A DNA stretch of 44,858 bases, taken from NCBI GenBank assembly GCA_047639165.1, contig JBLINH010000003.1, positions 1-44,858 of the forward strand, written 5' to 3'. The notes under the pieces were generated by a model, which searched no databases, was not told the origin of the DNA, and saw only the letters and a program-made list of their open reading frames with translations. The translations under genes were made by a program, and so were the position numbers. Positions 1-8,753 of the stretch are shown here, one piece after another; position 1 is the stretch's first letter; each line of letters opens with the position of its first letter. Source of the stretch: Minisyncoccia bacterium. Its GTDB lineage: Bacteria; Patescibacteriota; Minisyncoccia; Phycocordibacterales; JAACPR01.

Positions 1-290
1 CTTCCGCTGAGGTGAGGCTGTTAAGATCAAGATATCCACCAATTGATTGTGGTAATTTAAGACCTTCCGCTGAGGTGAGGCTGTTAAGATAAAGATCTCC
101 ACCAATTGATTGTGGTAATTTAAGACCTTCCGCTGAGGTGAGACTTTCAAGATAAAGATATCCACCAATTGATTGTGGTAATTCAAGACCTTCCGCTGAG
201 GTGAGACTTTCAAGATAAAGATTTCCACCAATTGATTGTGGTAATTCAAGACCTTCTGCTGAGGTGAGGCTGTTAAGATCAAGATCTCCA
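1..290 (-). repeat. 63-bp in-frame tandem repeat, >=4.6 copies, unit G[D/N/Y]L[D/Y]L[N/E]SLTSAEGL[E/K]LPQSIG
   Basis: cttc(c/t)gctgaggtgag recurs at 1, 64, 127, 190, 253. Confidence 0.97.
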
Positions 291-1600
291 TAATGATAAA
301 CAATGTCACCAGACAAAGCTTCATCTTTAGTAAGTGAAATCTGTTCAGGTCGACAATCAAACACTTGGGATAGATCTTCTTTAACATTCCTTGTCTCTTG
401 TATCTTCTTGATCCTCGGATCCTTGCCATACCCAAACCCTTCAATCTTTCCATCTACTTCATACAGAAATCTGATATCTTCTTTTGATAGTTGTATTTCT
501 TTATTTTGTTCTTGGGCTTTCTCTAGTTTCTTGTCAATCTCTGTAAGTCTCTTCATATCCTCACTCTTCTTGGTATACTTTTCCTTCTCATCACCAAAAT
601 CTTGAAGTTTCTCATCTAATACGTCACCAAACTGTGGTTCCATCTCTTGATGTTCATGTACTCCTCGTACTTCACCTATCTTGCTATCCCCATCCATTCG
701 TATAGCTACTCTTGGTTGTGTAGGTTTGTCATTTTCATCATAGGTATAGTAGACATAGAAATCACCCGAATCTATCTGTGTCTCTGCGGTTGATTTACCT
801 GCTGTACACCATCCTGTTCCTTTACCTTGTAGTGATTCATATAGTGCTTGTGCATGTTCCTTGTTGTTGTGATCATACTTAATCCACTCACCTTTAGTTT
901 CTTCTCCTAACTCTATCCTGCTATCTAGCACCTCTGTAATCTTCTCTGCGTATACTTTAGGGAAAGACCTTGAGAAGTCTTTCTGTACTTCAGGATCTTT
1001 TAGTTTAGTGTTGTCTTTCTCTACTGCTTCGTATGTATCGCATACCTGAGCTAATGCTTCTTGATATATATCTGGAAATGGAGCTACAGTACTTTCTGTT
1101 CTTTTCTTAAACTTACCTAACTCCTTGTCGAACTGTGAAAGTTTAGTGATGTTTTGAAAGAGGAAATACTTAAACCATGTAGGGTATGTAGCATCAGAGC
1201 TTGTTAGATAGTCTATCCATCTGTCTAAGGAGTGGGCTTGGTCTTCAATGATAGTATCTATCATCTGTCCCCTAACCTCTTGTGGTATCTGTTCTACCTC
1301 TTGTCCTCTTTCTCTTGCTATCTGTTGTTGTAATTCAAAGTATGATTCTGGTACATCTTCTCTCTCTATGATGTATTCATCATGTATTTTAGGTCTTAGT
1401 ATGTTTATGTTTCTTTCTCTAATGGACTCATCTTCATTCAAAAAGATGTTTTCTAACCTATCCATGTGCACATCTATCCTTTCATTAGGATTGTTTGGTA
1501 CTTTTTCCTCTTCTTTTCTTTCGTGTTTCTCTACTGACTTCTGTACTTCCTCACTTTTCTGAAGTTCCGGTGTTTTTATGTGGAGAGGGTGTTTTTCCAT
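1..1600 (-). CDS. Large hypothetical protein, 3' end outside the window (>=533 aa), with a central WCTAG...IGEVRG domain and C-terminal 21-aa LRR-like repeats; not in ORF track
   Basis: Manual translation from ATG at 1600 (MEKHPLHIKTPELQKSEEV...GKGTGWCTAGKST...PRVAIRMDG...IGEVRG...GDLDLNSLTSAEGLELPQSIG...) stays open to the window edge; TAAAAT lies 6 nt upstream of the ATG. Confidence 0.9.
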   Translation of the reverse strand, partial: MEKHPLHIKTPELQKSEEVQKSVEKHERKEEEKVPNNPNERIDVHMDRLENIFLNEDESIRERNINILRPKIHDEYIIEREDVPESYFELQQQIARERGQEVEQIPQEVRGQMIDTIIEDQAHSLDRWIDYLTSSDATYPTWFKYFLFQNITKLSQFDKELGKFKKRTESTVAPFPDIYQEALAQVCDTYEAVEKDNTKLKDPEVQKDFSRSFPKVYAEKITEVLDSRIELGEETKGEWIKYDHNNKEHAQALYESLQGKGTGWCTAGKSTAETQIDSGDFYVYYTYDENDKPTQPRVAIRMDGDSKIGEVRGVHEHQEMEPQFGDVLDEKLQDFGDEKEKYTKKSEDMKRLTEIDKKLEKAQEQNKEIQLSKEDIRFLYEVDGKIEGFGYGKDPRIKKIQETRNVKEDLSQVFDCRPEQISLTKDEALSGDIVYHYGDLDLNSLTSAEGLELPQSIGGNLYLESLTSAEGLELPQSIGGYLYLESLTSAEGLKLPQSIGGDLYLNSLTSAEGLKLPQSIGGYLDLNSLTSAE

Positions 1601-1615
1601 GGTAATATTTTAACA

Positions 1616-2755
1616 CTAAACTCCCAAAAATTCATTTTTAACAACATCCCTATGAGCGGCTCTTGCATAGTGTTTCATTCCCATTAGTATTCCAAGACCC
1701 ATAAATACAACTAATATATGAGTACCTCCATAACTCATAAACGGAATTGTAATTCCTGTTACTGGGAGTAACCCAATGTTCATACCAACGTGAATCGTAA
1801 AGTGAGTGACAATCATAATTACAAGTCCAACACCATATAGAATTTCAAAATTAGTAGCCCCTCTAATTGATATTAAAAGTATTCTCCATATGACGACTCC
1901 ATACAAAAAGAACATTAGCATTACACCGGCAAAGCCCCATTCTTCTGCAAACGCAGCGAATATAAAGTCTGTCTGATATTCTGGCAAGAACTGAAGTCTT
2001 GATTGAGTTCCATACCCCACTCCTTTGCCCCAAAACTCTCCAGAGCCAACAGTAATTGTAGATTGGTAAGCATTGTACCCAGCACCTTGAATATCCTCTA
2101 GTGGGTGTATGAAAGAAACTAATCTGGTCTTCTGATAGTCTTCAAAAACAGAGGTCCAAAGGAACCCGAAAGATATCAATCCTGCTATAAAAACAAAGGC
2201 GACATGCTTCTTTGAAATACCAGAAACAAAAACCATACCAAGCCAGATAAAGAATATAATAATAGCTGAACCAAAATCAGGTTGAACCAAAACTAAGAGT
2301 GTGAGTAAACCAGCATATATTCCAGATATGAATATGTGTTTTACGTTTTTTATCGCCACATGCCTTCTTGAAAAATACTTTGCAAGAAGAAGTATTAAAA
2401 CCAACTTAGCTAATTCGGCAGGCTGAAAAGAAAAGATTCCAAAATCAATCCAACTCTTCGCTCCTTTTACAGTACTACCTATTATGAAAAGCGAGAGTAG
2501 AAACCCTATGACAATAAAGAAAAGCCAAGTAATAACTGAAGTTCTTCTGAGAAACTTAAAATCTATAAGACTAAATACAAAGAAAATACCTATACCTATT
2601 CCTATCCATATTACCTGTCTTGTAAAAAAAGTATTATCTCCCACAAAAGAATTCATAGTAATCAGTCCGGCAGACGAAATTAAAACGACTGCCCCGAAAA
2701 GTAACCAGTCTATCCTAGAGAAAACTTCTTTAAGACTATTAGCGAGGAATTTCAT
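1616..2755 (-). CDS. rodA: Rod shape-determining protein RodA (SEDS peptidoglycan polymerase)
   Basis: GAKSW, FQPAELAK, QPDFGS, LPEYQTDFIFA, EEWGF, GLLPVTGITIPFMSYGG motifs; polytopic membrane protein. Confidence 0.9.
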   Translation of the reverse strand: MKFLANSLKEVFSRIDWLLFGAVVLISSAGLITMNSFVGDNTFFTRQVIWIGIGIGIFFVFSLIDFKFLRRTSVITWLFFIVIGFLLSLFIIGSTVKGAKSWIDFGIFSFQPAELAKLVLILLLAKYFSRRHVAIKNVKHIFISGIYAGLLTLLVLVQPDFGSAIIIFFIWLGMVFVSGISKKHVAFVFIAGLISFGFLWTSVFEDYQKTRLVSFIHPLEDIQGAGYNAYQSTITVGSGEFWGKGVGYGTQSRLQFLPEYQTDFIFAAFAEEWGFAGVMLMFFLYGVVIWRILLISIRGATNFEILYGVGLVIMIVTHFTIHVGMNIGLLPVTGITIPFMSYGGTHILVVFMGLGILMGMKHYARAAHRDVVKNEFLGV

Positions 2756-3494
2756 AAAGTGGCACTATTTCAAACCTTACAGGATCACTACTGAATGGTT
2801 TTGGCCATGTGAAAGTAACATTTTTCGCACTATCTTTTGAAATAGAATTTATAAAGGTACTAGAAGTTCCAATAGCGTTATTGTCGATATCGTAGACAAT
2901 TGCTACAACCTTTATATTATCAATGGATTTGAATATAACATTCTGTAACAAAGCATCTATACGTGGTTCCTTATCTTCATTAGTTAGTTTCTCATTTGTA
3001 ACAACAATCAAAGGATCGCTGGTGGCTTCTTTTTTCCATATCAAATCTTCAAGTTCAAAAGATATTCTTTTAATATCTCCATCAAAAACTATATTATCTT
3101 CTGTTATTGGAATAATAGACCTTGGAGGAATTGATACAAATCCTTTCTTACTGCTTACAAGATTATTATCTTTATCATACATATTAAATGTATATTTTGT
3201 ATCTTTTGAACCAGCATCAGTGTTAACATTCTCCACATAAGCTATTAGATTATATTCTCCGTCTACAACTTCAAAAGCTCTTTGCCAAAGAACAAGAGGA
3301 TCAAAGGCCTCTTTCTTACAAATTAACGAACACGCTCCCCCACAATCAACACCGTTCTCACCTCCATTTTGTTTTCCATCAAAACAAGTTGCTGGTTTAT
3401 ATAGGAAAATAAAACCAAAATATATAATTGGCACTGCTATAGCTACGATTAGCACAGTTATTATTGTAAATTGTCTTCTAATACTCCATGACAT
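2739..3494 (-). CDS. Membrane-anchored hypothetical protein with Cys-rich CFDGKQNGGENGVDCGGAC motif and beta-rich domains
   Basis: ORF track; start moved to MSWSIRRQ (3494), 8 nt after TGn-TACAAT; one N-terminal TM helix. Confidence 0.75.
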   Translation of the reverse strand: MSWSIRRQFTIITVLIVAIAVPIIYFGFIFLYKPATCFDGKQNGGENGVDCGGACSLICKKEAFDPLVLWQRAFEVVDGEYNLIAYVENVNTDAGSKDTKYTFNMYDKDNNLVSSKKGFVSIPPRSIIPITEDNIVFDGDIKRISFELEDLIWKKEATSDPLIVVTNEKLTNEDKEPRIDALLQNVIFKSIDNIKVVAIVYDIDNNAIGTSSTFINSISKDSAKNVTFTWPKPFSSDPVRFEIVPLYEIPR

Positions 3495-3513
3495 GTATGA
3501 GCATTGTACCAAA

Positions 3514-3548
3514 TTAAAAACCACTATGCATTGCATAGTGGTTTTTAA
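3514..3548 (-). terminator. Intrinsic terminator of the rRNA unit
   Basis: Inverted repeat ttaaaaaccactatgca-t-tgcatagtggtttttaa just downstream of 5S. Confidence 0.8.
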
Positions 3549-3574
3549 CATAATCTAATTTTTGGGTTCACTGC

Positions 3575-3682
3575 ACCTGGCACCGACCTACTTTCCCCTA
3601 ATGAGTATCATCGGCGCTGAAAGACTTAACTTCCGAGTTCGGAATGTAATCGGGTATACCCCTTTCGCTAAAGCACCAGGAA
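3575..3682 (-). rRNA. rrf: 5S rRNA
   Basis: Minus strand reads TTCCTGGTGCTTTAGCG...CATTCCGAACTCGGAAGTTAAG...AGCGCCGATGATACT...GGGAAAGTAGGTCGGTGCCAGG. Confidence 0.95.
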
Positions 3683-3857
3683 CACTAAATCCAAAATTTA
3701 AAGACTAGAATTCAGAAGCATTTTACTTCTAAAGAACAGGGTGGTTGTGTGTGACACAAGATTGCTTACTCTCTATAAAAAGGGAGGATTCGTACAGGAA
3801 TATATGGTCCTGTGTCACACAAATTTGAAACAAAATGCTTCAAATTCTAATCTTCAA

Positions 3858-3927
3858 TACAACAACAAGAATTAAGACAAGTATTTTACTGTACTTAAAA
3901 CAGCAATTTCCAAATTTCCTAATAGGA
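3858..3927 (-). repeat. 3' arm of the long 23S processing stem, pairing with 7565-7636
   Basis: acaagaattaagacaagtattttact...aaatttcctaat is the near reverse complement of attaggaaattt...agtaaaatacttgtcttaactcttgt. Confidence 0.8.
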
Positions 3928-4022
3928 TCGGGTAATTAGTACACCTCAGCTAAAAACATTGCTGTTCTTACACTTGGTGCCTATCAACCTGGTCATCTCC
4001 CAGGGCCCTCAAACGATTTCTG

Positions 4023-4071
<49 letters not shown>

Positions 4072-4208
4072 CGACATAGCTACCCGACGATGCCGCTGGC
4101 GCGACAGCCGGTAGACCAGAGGTCAGTCCATTTTGGTCCTCTCGTACTAAAAACAGATCTCCTCAAAAATCAACGCCTGCAACAGATAGGAGACCAACCT
4201 GTCTCACG

Positions 4209-4486
4209 CATATCACTCATCTATTACTAGATGTACGGACTATATCTTCATCCTCTCTAGGATGTCTAACGTGTAGTCTCTACGGGCGACCTAAGTCTTC
4301 CCTCGGAATTGTCCTTCATATTGAATAGGATTTCTCCGATATTAGTTAGCTTAACGTAATACATTGCTGAATTACGCCGCCGTGATTGTTGGTTTCTTAT
4401 TTTCGACGAAAAAAATATTTAAATTTAAACATATAACTCTCTATGGGATTCAGATGGGTTGAATGATCTATTTACTAAATCACTCA
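4209..4486 (-). mobile_element. Group I intron at 23S position L2593 (E. coli numbering), 278 nt, no homing endonuclease ORF
   Basis: Interrupts AGACCGU|CGUGAGAC; 5' exon ends in U, intron ends in G; GAGACUA/AAGAUAUAGUCC (P7); IGS AAUCACGGCGG pairs with both exons. Confidence 0.93.
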
Positions 4487-5149
4487 ACGGTCTGAACCCA
4501 GCTCGCGTAACTTTTTAATTGGCGAACAGCCAAACCCTTGGGAGCTTCTCCACCCCCAGGATAAGTTGAGCCGACATCGAGGTGCCGAACACCGCCGTCG
4601 CTATGGACGCTTAGGCGGTACCAGCCTGTTATCCCCAGGGTAACTTTTATCGGTTAATCTGCCGCGCCATCTAATGGCCACGGTAGGTTCACTATGTTCT
4701 ACTTTCGTATCTGCTTGACATCTACGTCTCGCAGTTAAGCTCTCTTATGCCATTACACTATCGGCACGGTTTCCATTCGCGCCTAGAGAACCTTAATAAA
4801 CCCCTCCGTTACTTTTTGGGAGGGTAGCGCCCCACTAAAACTGCCTACCAGATACTGTTCTAATACGGTTTTTCCGTACAAGTTAGGTTACATAATTCTA
4901 CAGAGTGGTATTTCACTGACGACTCCAGATCATCCAAAAACGATCCTTCAAAGTCTCCCACCTATTCTACGCAATAAAAGCATGCAACCAATATCAAGCT
5001 ACAGTAAAGCTCCTGGGGTCTTTTCGTCTAGTTGCAGGTAACCGGCATCTTTACCGGTATTGTATTTTCACCGAGCAAGTCCTCGAGACAGTTCCCCAGT
5101 CGTTACACCATTCGTGCACGTCTAAAATTACTAGACAAGGAATTTCGCT

Positions 5150-5445
5150 TAACGTTTCCTACGTACGTTGGACCATATCTTCACCCCACAAAGTGGGGGC
5201 ATAACGTGTGGTCTCTGAGGATTCTAAAAATATTAAATATTTTTAGTCTTTCCTGCTGATCGTTTAACTTTTTGTTGACTGGTGAAACTACACAAAGTGT
5301 AGAAGTTAAGTTTTCCAGCATATAGTTATGTATTATTTTAGGACTCATTATATATTGCTATATAACAAGGCAGCTTGTCTCTCTACCAAAATCCGTATCT
5401 AAAACAGTCCCAGTCCTTCGTTACACAAATAAATTTATGTAACGA
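5150..5445 (-). mobile_element. Group I intron at 23S position L1931, 296 nt, no ORF, 3'-terminal base A
   Basis: Interrupts CCUAAGGU|AGCGAAAUUCC; P4 AUGCUGG/AUCAGCAGG, P3 CAUAAC/GUUAUG, P7 GAGACCA/AAGAUAUGGUCC, IGS GCUGCCUU. Confidence 0.92.
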
Positions 5446-5479
<34 letters not shown>

Positions 5480-6177
5480 TCAGGGCTTATATAGTCCAGC
5501 CATAAACCGAAGTTTATGACCCCCCATATTTAACCTTCTGACATTGGTCAGGCGTCACCCCCTATACATCCTCTTACGAGTTCGCAGGGAGCTGTGTTTT
5601 TGGTAAACAGTCGCCAGGGATCTTTAGCTGCGGCCCCAATATTGCTATCAGGGCAGGCCTTATTGCTAACTTACGGCCGCTTATTTGCCGAGTTCCTTGA
5701 GGACATATCACTCGTTCGCCTTGGTCTTCTCGACCCGACTACCTGTGGCGGTTTATGGTACGGGTTGTCTTTATCTAATCTTAGAAGATTTTCTCGGAAG
5801 CGTGCTCCCCTATGTTTCCTTGTCCGAAGACAAGAATCCTCGCTCTAATTGGGGTAATGACTGCCGGATTTTCCTAACAATCCCCCTCAAAGCACGAACG
5901 TAAATCCAATAATACGCATAGAGTACAACACTCCGTCCCTCCATCGAAATAAAGACAAGTCATGGAATATTAACCATGTGTCCATCGGATCCAGCTTTCG
6001 CCATCTCCTTAGGCCCGACTAACCCTTCGCTGATTATCATTGCAAAGGAAACCTTAGTCTTTCGGCGTGCGGGGATCTCACCCGCATTGTGGTTACTTGT
6101 GCCAACATTCTTACTTCCACACGCTCCACCATGGGTCACCCCTTTGGCTTCATCGCAGAGTGGAATACTCTCCTACC

Positions 6178-6299
6178 GCTCATAGACTTCATTGAAGATC
6201 CAAAACATAAAGTTTTGGAAATAAAGAAAAATAAATACAGAAACATAAATGAGCAATATGTTCTCTATTTTTAACTTTTCCTCAATGAAATCTACAAGC
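6178..6299 (-). other. Intervening-sequence-like ~120-nt hairpin insertion in 23S helix 45 (~nt 1170)
   Basis: AT-rich insert between cctaccgc and cttcggtactatacttagccccg, closed by an 18-bp stem whose three mismatches are G-U pairs in rRNA sense. Confidence 0.8.
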
Positions 6300-6987
6300 C
6301 CTCATCTTCGGTACTATACTTAGCCCCGATTATCTTCGGTGCAGAATCTCTGAATGAGTGAGCTGTTACGCTTTCTTTAAAGGATGGCTGCTTCTAAGCC
6401 AACCTCCTCATTGTTAGAGAAATTCCACCGCCTTACTTGCACTTAGTATAGATTTAGGGACCTTAGATTGAGATCTGGGCTGTTTCCCTTTCGACCACCG
6501 GAGCTTAGCCCCCGGAGTCTAACTGCTAAGTTATAATCCTTGGTATTCGGAGTTTGATAGGTTTAACGAGGTTTCCCCCTGTTTAAACCTTCCAGTGCTC
6601 TACCCCCAAGGGGATCACTTAACGCCAACCCTAAAGCTGTTTCGGAGAGAACCAGCTATTACTAAGTTCGATTAGCTTTTCACTCCTTACCACAAGTCAT
6701 CCGAACGAGTTGAACGACGTATCGGTTCGGGCCTCCTCCTCCCTTTCGGGAGGATTCACCCTGCTCATGGTAAGCTCACTTAGTTTCGGGTCTAATACAT
6801 GCCACATAATTTTTCGCGCTATTCACACTCGGTTTCCCTAAAGCTCCAACCCGGAAGGTCTTAGCTTGCGACATATATTAACTCGTTGGCTCATTCTTCA
6901 ATAGGCATGCCGTGACCGTCGCAAGGACGGCTCCGACTACTTGTAAGCATATGGTTTCAGGTCTATTTCACTGCCCTAACAGGGCTA

Positions 6988-7027
<40 letters not shown>

Positions 7028-7300
7028 TTAAGAAGTATTTAGCCTTACCAGTTAGTACTGGTAGATTCACTCAGGCTATTCATGTCCTGAGCTACTCAAG
7101 AATAAAAACAATAAAGACAGAATATTTTCATTTACGGGACTATTACCCCCTAGGGTTGAGCTTCCCAGCTCATTCAATTAATATTCTATTTTGTAACTTT
7201 ACTTGTGTAAACACAACGTTTTTATCTTACAACCCCAAACAACTGCAAGCAGTCGTCTGGTTTGGGCTCTTTCCTTTTCGCTCGCCGCTACTAAGGAAAT

Positions 7301-7358
7301 ACCAATTGCGCCTAATCATATCCGAAAAATTCGGATGTGATTAGGTGCAATTTATATT
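7301..7358 (-). other. Hairpin expansion near 23S nt ~225
   Basis: 23-bp inverted repeat 7304-7352 where the canonical rRNA has a short helix. Confidence 0.7.
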
Positions 7359-7696
7359 GGTTTCTCTTCCTCTGGGTACTTAGATGTTTCAGTTCTCCAG
7401 GTTTGCTCCCTACATTAAAGTAGAGTAACCGTACTAGACGGCTGGGTTCCCCCATTCGGAAATTTCCGGATCAAAGGTTGCTAGGCACCTCCCCGAAACT
7501 TATCGCAGCTACGCTACGTCCTTCATCGCCTTCTTAAGCCAAGGCATCCACCATATGCTCTTAAATTCCCATTAGGAAATTTAAAAACCACTTATTTTAA
7601 AGACAAGTAAAATACTTGTCTTAACTCTTGTTGTATACCTGCCCACCTACAAAAAGGTAAAAGACCCCAAATGGGTAACACCCTTAGTGTGATGGA

Positions 7697-7714
7697 ATTT
7701 AGTTTTCGAAGATC
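7697..7714 (-). promoter_or_regulatory. boxA-like antitermination element in the 23S leader
   Basis: GATCTTCGAAAACTAAAT resembles Firmicutes-type rrn boxA (GTTCTTTGAAAAC), upstream of the processing stem. Confidence 0.6.
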
Positions 7715-7897
7715 TGGGCAGATAATCCAAAGTCATTCTTTGGTTCTGCCCCCTGATTATCAATCTCGAAAGATTAGTAATCAGGGGGAAGAAAAAAACC
7801 GTCAAACTCGACGGCTCGTTTAAACGCATCTTACTAAGCATTTTAAACAAACCCTCTTAAATTTCTTATATCTCTTAACATAAATACGGTAAGAACC

Positions 7898-7925
7898 ATT
7901 ATATACAAATACCTCTCTATGTCAA
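7898..7925 (-). promoter_or_regulatory. Sigma70 promoter of the 23S-5S unit
   Basis: TTGACA-16 nt-TATAAT with both boxes perfect. Confidence 0.85.
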
Positions 7926-7953
7926 CAAAAATACAGGTATTTAGCACATATCT

Positions 7954-8550
7954 CTAAACTCCCATTTTATTCACCAAAATCTGATGAGGGTAATCCAGGA
8001 TATCTCTAACTAACCTATCACACACGCCCACCCTGTATCGATAGTCTTTTGTATCAAAAATGACATATCTTAATTGTTTTCCTATCTCTGATTCTATTGT
8101 TTTAATAGTTGTTTTCAACGACCTCTCCTTTATATTATCTCCAACAATAAGAAGGTCTATTCGACTATCATTGTCCTGGATAAATACCCCTGACGTAACA
8201 ACCAGCTTTATACGTCCATGTTTTCCTATTCTTTTAGAAAGGTTTTGGTTGTTAAAATCAGAAGAACCAATAAGAAGATCGTGAAGTGGAATTCTATATG
8301 AAAAATCATAATTTAATATATATCCAGATACTCTTCTTTTTCCACCTGTCTTACTTTCAACAAAAGTACTCTTTTTCCTTATCATCCCCGCTTTCAATAA
8401 GATGTTCAATTCTGCACTTGCAGAGTCCATTCTTATTTTAGATTTATTTATTATATCTGCTTTTTGAAAGACTTTATCTGGGTGGAACAGAAAAAGTCGC
8501 ATCAATTTAACAATTGCGTTACTACTGAACAGTGTTTCCAGAATATCCAT
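7954..8550 (-). CDS. Winged-HTH plus minimal nucleotidyltransferase-like domain protein
   Basis: N-terminal LFSS...KLMRLF...ELNILLKAGMI; C-terminal IKLVVTSGVF...SRIDLLIVGD. Confidence 0.65.
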   Translation of the reverse strand: MDILETLFSSNAIVKLMRLFLFHPDKVFQKADIINKSKIRMDSASAELNILLKAGMIRKKSTFVESKTGGKRRVSGYILNYDFSYRIPLHDLLIGSSDFNNQNLSKRIGKHGRIKLVVTSGVFIQDNDSRIDLLIVGDNIKERSLKTTIKTIESEIGKQLRYVIFDTKDYRYRVGVCDRLVRDILDYPHQILVNKMGV

Positions 8551-8753
8551 AATCTTTTCTAATTAACAACGATAAATACGAGTAAGAAGCTTATACATAA
8601 GAACAAAACGAACCCTACTATATATTTTAATGAGTTTTTATTTAACATAATTTTGATTAAACCCACTAAAATATACTTGTGGTTTTCATAGTATATCAAA
8701 AATCTCTTCTATTTTCTGCTAGCTACAATCGATATTTTGTTTTCGAATTTATA

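Noticed and set aside
1-290. CRISPR array
   Set aside because: Units are contiguous 63-bp in-frame coding repeats without unique spacers, and no cas genes are present.
7575-7897. tRNA-Ile/Ala or a 16S remnant upstream of 23S
   Set aside because: No cloverleaf with a T-loop GTTCRA and no 16S 3' conserved sequence; only leader hairpins.
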